Origin: Mobula hypostoma
Taxonomy: Eukaryota
Reading direction: 5' to 3'
NCBI RefSeq assembly: GCF_963921235.1
Contig: NC_086097.1
Location: 100,256,001 to 100,320,000, forward strand
DNA length: 64,000 nucleotides
The number at the start of each line of letters is the position of its first letter. Within the stretch, counting starts at the first letter, position 1. The notes beneath the pieces were generated by a model, which saw nothing but the letters and a program-made list of their open reading frames with translations, was not told the DNA's origin and made no database searches. Below, piece after piece: positions 13,541 to 26,202 of the stretch. The position numbers were made by a program, and so were the translations under genes.

Positions 13541-14534
13541 AACAGTGCAGGAGTCAGAGATCAGAGTCAAAGTGACTGACAAATGGGAGTTCAGAGTCAC
13601 TCTTACAACCAGGCACCCTGCCACCCTCAGAATCCAACACCTTAGCCTTGCTTGCGTTAGAGTTGGCTAGTAGTAATGAAAGGTCTGCCAACTGCATTAT
13701 GTATAGGTGCTGGGTATTTCTAGCATTCAGCTGGAATCCAGCAACTGCTCCGATCTGTGTCCACTGCTCCAGCACTGTCTTCCTCCCTCTTGTCTATTCT
13801 CCTTCATTGTCTTCTTATATCCAGTGGCTCTGCAGCTAACCAGCCTTCACGCTCTCAGTCAGCACTTGTGTCCCCAGCCTGTCTCAGTCTCCTTCCAGTC
13901 ACAGGCTGTTCTCTCTCTGGTCTCTCCACCTCCTGTGTCTCAGCTGCTTAAAACATGCTTCCCACTTCTGGTGAATGATCAGCACCCCAACACTTCTGTT
14001 CTGTTTTTCTCTCCACACTCTCTTCAGCCTTCTCTACTTTTAGGTTGGCAATGTCTGAAGTTTCATGATCTTCCTGTTCTTGTGACACAGAAGACTATGG
14101 AATAGTTTCATGTCTAACTGCCAACTTGCTTCAGCCCTGAGGCAATAACATCTGATGTTTTCAGTCCCAGTTATTCATAAGCTCACTGCCCTGTACACTT
14201 AGATAGGTTGTCTGGATTTTTAATCCTGTGCTTGTTGTTTGCCTGAGCAGCCAAGGTGTATACCAGATGATTGTGATGATTGTGAGAGTTTCATTTTTTG
14301 GGAGGTCTTGCCTGATGTCTGTGGAGAACTGTGAAGTGCTGTAGTATAGATCCTGCACAGGTCTGATAATGTCCTGCTGTAACCCATGGGTTCTGTTGGG
14401 ACTGGTGCTGACTTCCATAATCTGTATCAAAGACTGCCAAATGTATAATATCTAAGCCTGTTGATGGTGCAATAATTAGAGGCAGTATGAGCTGTGAGAA
14501 GTTGCAGAGAGATCTGTACACGAGGGGTGAATTG

Positions 14535-16620
14535 ACCATAAGACCATAAGACAAAGGAGCAGAAGTAGGCCATTTGGCCCATCGAGTCTGCTCCGCCATT
14601 TTATCACGAGCTGATCCATTCTCCTATTTAGTCCCACTCCCCCACCTTCTCACCATAACCTTTGATGCCCTGGCTACTCAGATACCTATCAATCTCTGCC
14701 TTAAATACACCCAATGACTTGGCCTCCACTGCTGCCCATGGCAACAAATTCCATAGATTCACCACCCTCTGACTAAAAAAATTTCTTCGCATTTCTGTTC
14801 TGAAAGGGCATCCTTCAATCCTTAAGTCATGCCCTCTTGTGCTGGACTCCCCCATCATGGGAAACAACTTTGCCACATCCACTCTGTCCATGCCTTTTAA
14901 CATTCGAAATGTTTCTATGAGGTCTCCCCTCATTCTTCTAAACTCCAAGGAATACAGTCCAACAGCGGACAAATGTTCCTCATATGTTAACCCTCTCATT
15001 CCCAGAATCATTCTAGTGAATCTTCTCTGTACCCTCTCCAACGTCAGCACATCCTTTCTTAAATAAGGAGACCAAAACTGCCCACAGTACTCCAAGTGAG
15101 GTCTCACCAGTGCCTTATAGAGCCTCAACATCACATCCCTGCTCCTATACTCTATTCCTCTTGAAATGAATGTCAACATTGCATTCGCCTTCTTCACTAC
15201 TGACTCAACCTGGAGGTTAACTTTAAGGGTATCCTGTACGAGTACTCCCAAGTCCCGTTGCATCTCAGAACTTTGAATTCTTTCCCCATTTAAATAATAG
15301 TCTGCCCGTTTATTTTTTCTGCCAAAGTGCATAACCATACACTTTCCAACATTGTACTTCATTTGCCACTTCTCTGCCCATTCTTCCAATCTATCCAAGT
15401 CTCTCTGCAGACTCTCCATTTCCTCAGCACTACCGGCCCCTCCACCTATCTTCGTATCGTCAGCAAACTTAGCCACAAAGCCATCTATTCCATAATCCAA
15501 ATCGTTGATGTACAATGTAAAAAGAAGTGGCCCCAACATGGACCCCTGTGGAACATTACTGGTAACCAGCAGCCAACCAGAATAGGATCCCTTTATTCCC
15601 ACTCTCTGTTACCTGACAATCAGCCAACACTCTATCCACGTATGTAACTTTCCTGTAATTCCATGGGCTCTTATCTTGTTAAGTAGCCTCATGTGTGGCA
15701 CCTTGTTAAAGGCCTTCTGAAAATCCAAATATACAACATCCACTACATCTCCCTTGTCTAGCCTACTGGTAATTTCCTCAAAAAATTGTAATAGGTTTGT
15801 CAGGCAGGATTTTCCTTTAAGGAATCCATGCTGAGTTCTGCCTATCTTGTCATATGCCTCCAGGTACTCTGTAATCTCATCCTTGACAATCGACTCCAAC
15901 AACTTCCCAACCACCGATGTCAAGCTAACAGGTCTATAATTTCCTTTTTGCTTCCTTGCCCCCTTCTTAAATAGCGGAGTGACATTTGCAATCTTCCAGT
16001 CTTCCGGAACCATGCCAGAATCTATCGACTTTTGAAAGATCATCGCTAATGCCTCCGCAATCTCCACAGCTACTTCCTTCAGAACACGAGGGTGCATTCC
16101 ATCTGGTCGAGGAGATTTATCTACCTTTAGCCTATTCAGCTTCCTGAGTACTTTCTCTGTTGTAATTGTGACTGCGCACACTTCTCTTCCCTGCCACCCT
16201 TGAGTGTCCGGTATACTGCTGATGTCTTCCTCAGTGAAGACTGATGCAAAATACTCGTTCAGTTCCTCTGCCATCTCCTTATCTCCCATTACAATTTCTC
16301 CAGCATCATATTCTATCGGTCCTATATCTATTCTCACCTGTCTTTTACTCTTTATATACTTGAAAAAGCTTTTAGTATCCTGTTTGATATAATTTGCTAG
16401 CTTCCTTTCATAGTTAATCTTTTCTCTCTTAATGACCTTCTTGGTTTTCTTTTGTAAGGTTTTAAAAACTTCCCAATCCTCTGTCTTCCCACTAATTTTT
16501 GCTTCCTTGTATGCCCTCTCTTTTGCTTTAACTTTGGCTTTGACTTCTCTTGTCAACCACGGTTGCATCCTTTTTCCACTCGAAAATTTCTTCTTTTTTG
16601 GAATATACCTGTCTTGCACA
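14535..16620 (-). mobile_element. 5'-truncated young CR1 LINE, same family as 1940-5250; RT frame broken by one nonsense codon at about 15609
   Basis: ORFs 15609-16673 and 14628-15602 are in frame, separated by TAA where the + copy has AAA (K). The tail is (gaccataa)n on +. Confidence 0.95.
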
Positions 16621-16924
16621 TTGGGGGGAGAGGGGGAGAGGGAGAGCAGAATATAGTGTGGAAAAATGTTCATTTGCTTTTGTAGATGCTACAAGACTGG
16701 CAAGTGTCAGTGTTAGGGACCGAATGATGAAGGAACAAGTCAGAAATAGGCCATTCGGCAAGGTCTCAACCATAATTGCAACAATACTTCTCTCCTAGTT
16801 CAATGTTCTGCCCTATCCCCTTTAATTCCCTTAATATTCAGATATCTACTGTCTTTTCAATGTAGTTATCACGGTCCCCTGAGTAAAGATTCCCTTCTAA
16901 TTTTAATCCTAAATGGGCTACCTA

Positions 16925-17342
16925 CTGTCCTGTGAATAAATCTTTGGCACCCTAGATTTTTTATGTAGTTTCAAACGGTTTGGCCTCCACAGAGCCCTGA
17001 TCTCAACATCATTGACACTGTCTGGGATCACCTGGAGAGACAGAGGCAGGCAAGACGGCCAAAGTCTGCAGATGAACTGTGGCAAATTCTCCAAAATGCT
17101 CAGACCAACCTACCAGCTGATTTTCTGATAAAACTGAATGACAGTGTATCCAAGAGAATTGATGCAGTTTTAAAGGCAAATGGTAGTCACACCAAATATT
17201 GACTTGATTTAGAATTTTTTACTGTTTATTGCTCTTTATAGTATTTTTTTGATATATAGAAACTTTACATTTCATTATTTTTGAAAGCATCTTCACTTTA
17301 CAGTTTTATGACCTGTACCTAAGACTTTTGCACAGTACTGTA
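16925..17342 (+). mobile_element. Internally deleted Tc1/mariner element
   Basis: Translation WPPQSPDLNIIDTVWDHLER...KSADELWQIL (Tc1 WPxxSPDLN motif). The right TIR ends cttttgcacagtactg-TA; the left TIR is degenerate. Confidence 0.85.
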
Positions 17343-18003
17343 TATTACCTTGATACAATGAAGGGGTCTATCCAGCCAGTACACCAGCTGTCAGACCAAT
17401 CCCATCAGTCTCTCTCATTCTCCCATTTACTTCCCTGTAAACCATCCTCCTCACATCCCCGCCAGCTCTCTTCCTCTGCCCCTGGATTCTAGCAGTCACC
17501 TCCACCCTGGGACAACCAAGAGTGGCCAGTTCACCCACCAGCCCACGTGTCCCTAGGATGTGGGAGGAAAATGGAGCACCCAGCACAATCACAGAGAGGA
17601 CGTCCAAACTCCACACAGACAACACTCCAGGTCAGCAGATCCCACTGACAGATAAAACATTCTCACAAGGCCAGGTGGATGCAGGGATCATGTTCCCCTG
17701 GCTGGGGAGTCTAGAATCAGGATAAGGGGTTGGACATTCAGGACTGAGGTTCAAAGAAATGCCTTCACCCAGAAGGTGGTAAATCATTGCGGCTTTCTAC
17801 AGGGGGCTGCGGAGGCTCGACCACAGGTCAATAGGTTATTGTATTTTGAGGGTGCTGCACTACACTAACCGTAGTTTGAACAACTGGCTTGCTAAATAGT
17901 ATATTGTGTTGATTTGTTGAAGACAGTTTTACTTTGAAGATGTACACAAGCTCCTTGGTGATATCTTGGTGCTTTTGTAAATGGAATTCTCTTTATTTTC
18001 TAG

Positions 18004-18085
18004 GACCAGTTGTTGTTTTGTGATGACTGTGACCGGGGTTACCATATGTACTGTTTAAACCCACCAATGATGCACCCTCCTGAAG
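18004..18085 (+). CDS. d4/DPF-family (DPF1/2/3-like BAF subunit) penultimate coding exon, PHD2: [27 protein letters not shown](G)
   Basis: Acceptor ctttattttctag and donor G|gtacag; 82 nt, phase 0 to 1. Peptide is nearly identical to the PHD2 of the d4 family. Paralog not assignable by eye. Confidence 0.95.
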
Positions 18086-18629
18086 GTACAGTATTCACTA
18101 GCAGATGTGCTGTTTTCTGAATCCCCAGGAACTTGCTGTCAACCCTTCATTTTTGTTTTGGTTCAACTTTGTGACCCCAGTCTGGATGGATTTTACTAAT
18201 GCACGTGAAAGAGCTCCTGTGAACCGTCGGTGTGCACCCTGTGCAATGTGCACATCTTCACAGTCGAGCATGGTAGTCTTAAGAATTAGAGTCTTATTGT
18301 GGCAATGGTGGGCTCACTCTTCCTGCTTGAGGTGGGTTACAATCTCCTGATGCATATTTCAACAACTACTGCACTCAGTTGTCATAGCTCAGCTAAGCAA
18401 AGGACTGCTACAAGGAGAGGGGAAACTCGAGGGACTGTAAGGGGCTGAACAGCTAGTAGAGCCGCAGTTCACAGGGTCAGTCCTGACCTGACCTCTGACA
18501 TTGTCCGTGTGGAGTTTACACCATCCCTCTATGACCCTCTGTGTTTTAACCAAATGCCCTGGATTCCGCACGGCCAAAAGGCATGCGGGGTTGTAATTGG
18601 CTGCTGTGAAGTTGTGTCGGTGAGTGGAA

Positions 18630-19520
18630 GAATAAAGTGGAATTGATGGGGATGCAGGGAGAATGGGATTAGTTTAAGTGGAATTAATGGGGATGCTGGG
18701 AGAACAGGATTAGTGTGGGATTAGTTTAAGTGGAAGTGATGGAGATGCAGGGAGAATGGGATTAGTGTGGAATTGATGGGTATGCAGGGAGAATGGGATT
18801 AGTGTGGAATTGATGGGGATGCAGGGAGAATGGAATTAGTGTGGGATTAGTTTAAATGGAATTGATGAGGATGCAGGGAGAACAGAATTAGTGTGGGATT
18901 AGTTTAAATGGAATTGATGGGGATGCAGGGAGAACGGAATTAGTGTGGGATTAGTTTAAGGGGAATTGATGGAGATGCAGGGAGAACGGGATTAGTGTAG
19001 GATTAGTTTAAATGGAATTGATGGGGATGCTGGGAGAACGGGATTAGTGTGGGATTAGTTTAAGGGGAATTGATGGGGATGCAGGGAGGACGGGATTAGT
19101 TTAAGGGGAATTGATGGGGATGCAGGGAGGACGGGATTAGTTTAAGGGGAATTGATGGGGATGCAGGGAGAATGGGATTAGTGTAGGATTAGTTTAAATG
19201 GAATTGATGGGGATGCTGGGAGAACGGGATTAGTTTAAGGGGAATTGATGGGGATGCAGGGAGAATGGGATTAGTTTAAGGGGAATTGATGGGGATGCAG
19301 GGAGAATGGGATTAGTTTAAGGGGAATTGATGGGGATGCAGGGAGAATGGGATTAGTGTAGGATTAGTTTAAATGGAATTGATGGGGATGCTGGGAGAAC
19401 AGGATTAGTGTGGGATTAGTTTAAGGGGAATTGATGGGGATGCAGGGAGGATGGGATTAGTTTAAGGGGAATTGATGGGGATGCAGGAAGAATGGGATTA
19501 GCGTGGGATTAGTTTAAGTG
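18630..19520 (+). repeat. G-rich minisatellite (about 36-52 bp variable unit) expanded from a SINE 3' region
   Basis: Unit ggaattgatggggatgcagggagaa(c/t)gggattag(tgtgggattag)tttaa. A SINE head and body lie at about 18440-18630 and a SINE/CR1-type tail (atggaccaaagggactgtt) follows. Confidence 0.9.
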
Positions 19521-19984
19521 GGCAATGGTTGACATGGAATCAATGGACCAAAGGGACTGTTGCCTTGGTTAACTTTCCACAGACTATTGTTGGTCAGGTG
19601 GACAGATGGACAGCTAAGGGTGTTGTGCTCCTAGTTAGAGCCCTCTCAGGCGAGGTGAAAGAGCTTCATTGGCACTCCTGGACAGCGGGCACAGAAGGCC
19701 AGCAGCTGTAAGGCAGGACAGGCTGCACCATTGACCTTTACTGCGGTGGGGGATCTGATCCCATCACTGCCTGGCTCCTCACCACAGTGGAAGGGAGGAG
19801 GCTGCAGTCAGATCAGCCCCAGTCTCATTGAGTGGCGAGGCAGAGTCAAAGGAACGAGTGGCCTTCTGCTCCGAATTCATTGGTCGGTGGCAGCGGGAAG
19901 AGTTGAGATGTTGGTCAATGCAGGCAGTCGCGGATCAAAAGCACGGACCACGCTGAATGACCTCACGAGGTCAGTAATCTTGGA

Positions 19985-20295
19985 GTCGGTACAGTCACTG
20001 CCTCACAGTGCCAGAGTCCCAGGTTCGATCCTGACCTCGGGTGCTGTCTGTGTGGGGTTTGCATGTTCTCCCTCTGACTGTGTGGGTCCACCCCACCCCC
20101 TCAACTGGGTACCCCGTTTCCTCATCCCAAAGATGCGGAACGGCAGGTTAATTGGTCACTATAAATTGCCCCTGGCGTGTAGGCGAGCGGTGGAAACTGG
20201 GGGGAGTTGGTGGGAACATGGGAAGAATAGCTAACAGGAAAAGTTAAGGGAGAAATGCCAATGTAGACTCAGTGAGCTGAATGTCAACCTACTTT
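19985..20295 (+). mobile_element. tRNA-derived SINE (HE1/V-SINE-like)
   Basis: ctgcctcacagtgccagagtcccaggttcgatcc (B-box-like), gtctgtgtggggtttgcatgttctccc, ggttaattggtcac. Confidence 0.75.
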
Positions 20296-21687
20296 GTAAA
20301 GGAACTTGGAAATATCTACACTCTGACCCACTGCACAGCCTTGCCACACTGTTGAGTGGTGTGTTGGGCTCCCAGCACAGAGACAGCACCGGTCTGCACC
20401 ACCCCCACACATTCAACTCAACAGGCAGGCTGCCAGCTCCCCAACCATGGCTACGAATCCCACTGCCACAGTGCATTTAGTTTGTGGTTGATTACAGTGT
20501 GGCTCTCTCCTCGCACTCCCATTGAAGATGACTGAAGATTGGTTTACTGTTGGGATGTCTACCAAGATACAGTGAAAAACATTTGGTTGTATACCATCCA
20601 GGCAGATCAAGCCATGCTTAAGTACTTAAAGATAGTAAAAAGGGTAAATGAATGCAGAATATAACTATGAATATAAAGAATAGCTTTATTTGCCACATGT
20701 ACATTGAAACCTGGAAACATTCAGTGAAATGCATCGTTTGCGTCGGATGAACTCAGTGAGGATTGAGTTGAGCAGCTGACAAGTGACGCTCTGTTTCTGG
20801 GGTTGACATAGCATGCCTGGATTCACTAACTCTAACTGTAAGTCTTTGGACTGTGGGAGGAAACCGGAGCACCCGGAGGAAACCCACGTGCTCCTGGGAG
20901 GAGCGTAGAAACTCCTTAAAGACAGTGGTGAGAATTGAACCTCCAGTGATAATCGCTGGCGCTGAAATAGCTTCTGTACCAGTGCAGTGCAGGCAGACAA
21001 CGTGCAAAGACCACAATGAAGTCGATCAAAAGTTCATCTTTGTCATATAAGGATGATATAACTACGGGACAGAAGCTGTCCACACCCAGCTCTATATCTC
21101 ACTTTCCACAATCCCTGTTCAAGCTGCAGCCAACATATGTAGCTCCCTCTTACCCCCCACACCCTCTCCAGACTGGGGCCGTCCTGTCTGACGGCCAACC
21201 ATCAGTGAAACCAACAGTGAAAGCACAGGACAATGGAGCCACTCTTAAGGGGTGGGAAAGGGGGAAAGTAACAAGCTCGGGAACAAGCTCGGGTTGTTGA
21301 CAACTGAGTTCTTCCAGAGCTCTGTGAGTTAATCTATTGTTTCTGCCTGCTCTTGTCCCACTGAATTTACCTCGACTCTACCTTATCAATGTGCCCAACC
21401 CCTCGTCCACTCCCCTCCTACCTACATACGTGATGCCTCGCATGCTTTCAGAAACATTCACTGGCTTGGTTGCCTCTTATCTGAAAAGCCTGATAAATCA
21501 TTTTCAGTGAGGTTAGGGACAATCCATAAGTATCGGTTTGCTGGGGAAAAAACACAGCGATATGCAAAATGGGATGGGTTGAAGGAGGAAATGTATGACC
21601 TGCAACGATTAGAAGAATTGCTGAATAGTCAGTACTTATGAAGACGTGCTGGGAATTTGTAAATATTATGTTCTTTCTCACCTACAG

Positions 21688-21758
21688 GAAGCTGGAGTTG
21701 CCACTTGTGCCTGGAGCAACTGAAGGAAAAGGCTTCTGCTTGTGTCAGCAAACCCTAG
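21688..21758 (+). CDS. d4/DPF-family last coding exon: (G)SWSCHLCLEQLKEKASACVSKP*
   Basis: Acceptor ttctttctcacctacag. Phase 1 joins the upstream exon to give PPEGSWSCHLC, the d4 signature. Stop TAG at 21756-21758. Confidence 0.95.
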
Positions 21759-22184
21759 TTCAGTGTCTTCAAGTTTTATATTTTTTTAAATCAGTTTAAT
21801 GTAGATGCCCGTGGTCAGTATTTGCACATTCAGGCTAAAATATGAACCTTTTACAAAGTGTGAAGATAAAGCAAAGTATTACTACGTTTAGCCTGTAGTT
21901 CAGTATCGCAGTCATCCCAAGTTTGATCATTGTCACCTCCCTGTGTATGACAGTGTTGTAGCAGTGTCATTAGAATCCTCACTGTTGGAGTTGGCTGTAG
22001 TTGACAGTTCAATTGCCTTTAACCACTCAGTTCACTTTGCAAAATTACACAAAGATTCCCGTCATTAATAACTGAAATTGCCTTTAAATTTCCTAATTAG
22101 TTACTGAAATATCCTGAGTTCCTATTTACCCGAAGGTTGTGCATTTACCAGATTTGATGAAAAAAAACAGTCAACTAAATGTTA

Positions 22185-22299
22185 ACAACAGGAATTCTGC
22201 AGATGCTGGAAATTCAAGCAACAGACATCAAAGTTGCTGGTGAACGCAGCAGGCTAGGCAGCATCTCTAGGAAGAGGTACAGGCAACTTTGATGTGTGA
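22185..22299. mobile_element. Internally collapsed Penelope-derived palindrome, probably within the DPF 3' UTR
   Basis: Left arm (acaggaattctgcagatgctgg...ggaagaggtaca) is joined directly to the end of the right arm (gcaactttgatgtgtg). Perfect 12-bp TSD aactaaatgtta at 22173-22184 and 22300-22311. Confidence 0.85.
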
Positions 22300-23829
22300 A
22301 ACTAAATGTTAGCTTGTTTGAAATTATAATGTCCAATTAAACAAAAGAATAATAGATAACTCGTGGGAGAGTGGGGCTGGGGTAATATTTCCAATCAGAG
22401 CACTGCTAGTCCCATTCCGTAGCTCTGTGAAACACTCGAGCCTCAGCTAACGTGGCTGTACGGAATGTAGTCAGAGTCTGAACAGTCAGTCGTCAATCCT
22501 GATCTTAATGTTGTACACTACAGAAACGGCCAGTGTTAACTTCAAACTTGAAAGCTTTACATTCAACAGCATTATTGGTTTTTTACATGCCTTCATGACC
22601 AACCTAAACAAGTTGGCAAGACTTTTTTTAGTCAGCTGTCTGTCAGTTTGTATTTTCCATTTAGACACTGCTGTAGAGAATAGTTGCTTCAGAGAAGGTC
22701 TAACACAAAACACCCGCTCGGCTCTGTTCTCGTACTTCACTGTCGCATTCCAACATCACTTCACTCCGTTCCAAAATAAGATGCCAGTATATTCTATGAT
22801 AAGGTGAAAGATAATTCCATTATATTAGACTTTGGTGAGAGTATCAATGTTTTTGTGGTTAATACGTGGTGTTAATAATCAAGAATATTAGCATATCTGT
22901 ATCAGTATTTTATAGAAATCATCAGATCTAATACCAGTGTAGAAATTGTGTGTGCTTGTCTGTTTACAGTTCAGATGCTCGAGGTAGTCTATAAGTGTAC
23001 TTTCTTGTCACTGTAACTAAGGAACTGGGAATTATTGTGGTATGTTGATGCTGCACTGTCAGAGATGTGCTATCTTTTGAGTGAAATGTTACACCAAACC
23101 CGTCGGCCTATTTGGGTAAAGACCCTGTGACACTATTTTGAGTAAGAAGGTGGGTTAACCTGGTTGACATCAAGCCTTTCACCAATCTCACTAAACATCT
23201 ATTACTTTTATATATTACTCTGCAGATTTCAAAGTTACAACTGTGGCTTCCAGTAGTTCACAAGCCAGGGGCACTGAGATTGTGAATGACACTACAGAGA
23301 AAAAAAACAGACTGGGTTTTGTTTTTAATTTATTTCTGAATATGCCCCACGAGAGCTCGTGGTATTTTGGAGTTAGCCCAACAATTAGGCTTCATGGTTC
23401 TCCCCAGCCAGCCACAGGCCTCTTCTTGTGTTGACAAAGTTAAATATCAATGCACACCTGTTACCGGGGTGTGTTCATTCAGGAACATCCCCATTGCCTT
23501 TTGTCTTTAATAGGAAGTCCCAATGAGAATTCACATTGTCTTATTTTGCAGGTAAGGGGAGGTTTTGTTTAACTGCTTGATGCATTTCCTTCCCTGTATT
23601 CGTGCATCCAAGCTGCCATTCCCAACACTAACCCCCTTTCTTTGCAGTCTAATCTCCAAAGGGCCCACTTCCTTTGTCTGCATGCAGTGGGTCCCAGTCC
23701 AGTGACCTTCAGGCAGGATATGAAGCCACAGAAAGAATCACAGCCAAGCTCACTACGTCCACTTTACCTTTTGAATAGAAGGAAATGAGCTGTCTGAACA
23801 AATCAACGACACCAGCGTTATCTCTTTAT

Positions 23830-24070
23830 GTATTTATTGAGATACAGTGCAGAATAGGCTCTTTCGTTACTTCGAGCCGTGCTGCCCAGTGATGCCCCTG
23901 TTTTAATCCTAGCCTAATCACAGGACAATTTACAAGGTCCAATTAACCAGTGACAGTGGGAAGAATTTGGAGCACCCAGAGGAAAATGTACAAACTCCTT
24001 ACAGGCAGTGGCAAGAAATGAACCCGGGTCACTGGTACTGTAAATCGTTGTGCTAACCACTACGCTACAA
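23830..24070 (-). mobile_element. SINE
   Basis: cctagcctaatcacaggacaatttaca...gaacccgggtcactggtactgtaa...gtgctaaccactacgcta; related copies at about 24610-24810 and 61695-61940. Confidence 0.7.
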
Positions 24071-26202
24071 TGTCCTGATGTTTTTCATGCAGCTTTGGAG
24101 ACCTGGTCACAGGTCATTTATTCATCAGTAATCATTGTCATTACAGCTCTTCTAGGGATTAATAACTGGGCAAAATTGACAGTGTAACTTACTCAGTATC
24201 CATTTACAGATTCAATGTGTACAGTAATTGGGATCATTTCACAGGTCCTATGATGGTCAAAGTTGAGTTTATTGTCACGTGCACAAGTGCATCTGAGCAA
24301 TAGACGTACCTGTATGGCATCACAGGTACGTAACGTCAGACAAAGTCATATAATACAGGGTAATGTCCCGACGAGCTTTACAAGTGAAATTAAAGGCAGA
24401 CCTACAGGATCAATGCCTCAAAGAAAGTGGCTGGACATGCTGACCTTCTGCCTGAGCTACCGGTGTGTAGACCCCTAACACTGTCTCCTCTGCAGGCAAT
24501 GTTCAACTGCACTGACCGTAAGCAGCTTAACTGGCTGAAACAACCACTGGTTGTCAGTCGATGGACCCAGCATCATTCTGTTCCATTCAATTTCCTTGTT
24601 TACTTCGCAATATAGTGCAGAGTACAGTGCCCAACAACCCCACAGCCCTGATTAGCCCTAACCTAATCACAGGACAATTTACAATGACCAGTTGACCTAC
24701 CCGGTGGGAGCAGACGAGCGCCCGGGGAAAACCCACACGTTCCACAGGGCGCTGGAGTTGAACTCTGAACTCAGGAGCGGCCAGAGCTGTAACAGCATCG
24801 TGCTGACCATTATCCTTACCCGGTGCTCGGCTTATCCCACCTGGAACATACAAGTGTGAAACTTCTCTCTGCTTATCAGGTCTGCTGCGTTCCCTGGGTC
24901 CCTCCTGCCTGCTGCCCCCTTGTAAGTGTATCTTGGTTGGAGCTGTTATACGTGGTAAACCGATTTCTGAATCTCCATTACCCAGCAAGTTAGCTTAGTG
25001 AGCAGGAATTTAAAATAGACTGCCTTTGGAGTGATTGGGTTCTCGGTGTACTCGAATGATTATCATACGTTTATCGTGTGGCCAGATCATCACATGCTCC
25101 CCACTGCCCCCTCCCCATACACTGCTGGGGTGCCAGAGAAGTTGGTAGTTCATTTCACGCTGGGAGGTGAGAGAGTCACTGCAGTACCACAGCTGAAAGG
25201 AGTTCTTCCTGCTTTAGATGGAAGGATGGTTGGTATATGGCAGGTGGTTATAGATTCACCTCTGCTGTGGAGTAGAGCAAACTTTCAGCTCGAAATTGTA
25301 TCACATAGGCTCTGCTTACCACTTTCTATAGTACTGAATATGCTACTTATCCAGCTATGTAATGGTAAAAGAAAACTTGTGTCTTATACTCAACGGACAG
25401 AACAATACTGTTAAACTGCACCTTGTAGAATTTAACTGCTCCTCCTGCAAAATTCTGCCTTTGGCAAAAACAATACAAACAAGAGTGAAAGGTTCAGGGA
25501 GTGTTTGTGGAATCGTATTCAGTCCATTAGTTATATTTACTTAAAGATATTTGTAGAGTCACTTGTTCGATAATCAATAGGTTTTGCAACACTTAGGCCA
25601 ATTTTTTGAGAGTTTGCTTTAGTTTTCTGGGGAGGGAAAGGAAAGAGAGAAGAAAGGACTGATTTAGAATGATCCATTACGTAATTAATCAAAGAAGTTT
25701 TGTGAATCACAAGGAAATATGAGATACTAACCCTGAATGGCTGAGGAATACACGTATTCTGATCGGATGGTGTTCTGAGAGGCAAAAGATGAGATGGAAT
25801 TTCCTAGTTTCTTGGGAGTTAAGTTTTGAAGTGTGGAAGTCTAAATTTCTCTGGGGGGGTGTAGGGTGGAGGGTGTAAGTTTTTAAGGTGAGTGAGCAGG
25901 CATGCAGACTGGGGGGGCTGACATCTCCCACCTCCTGTGCAGGTTACAAACATGGCAGCCTGCCTTTACACGGGGTCAGAACCAGCAGTTTGAAAGGGAG
26001 GATAACTGCCACTGATCTTGTGCTACATAGTTGCCACTTTCAATTTATTCTTGTCCAAGCTGCAACTCTCTCCCTTGGAATGAGGTTTGTAAACTTTTAC
26101 CATCACCCTAGTCACCAGTTCCCACTGAGGACCGGACTGCGCAGACAGTGGTAATCACTCCTCTGACCACGTTGGGCAGTATCAGATGTCCAGTACAACT
26201 GA

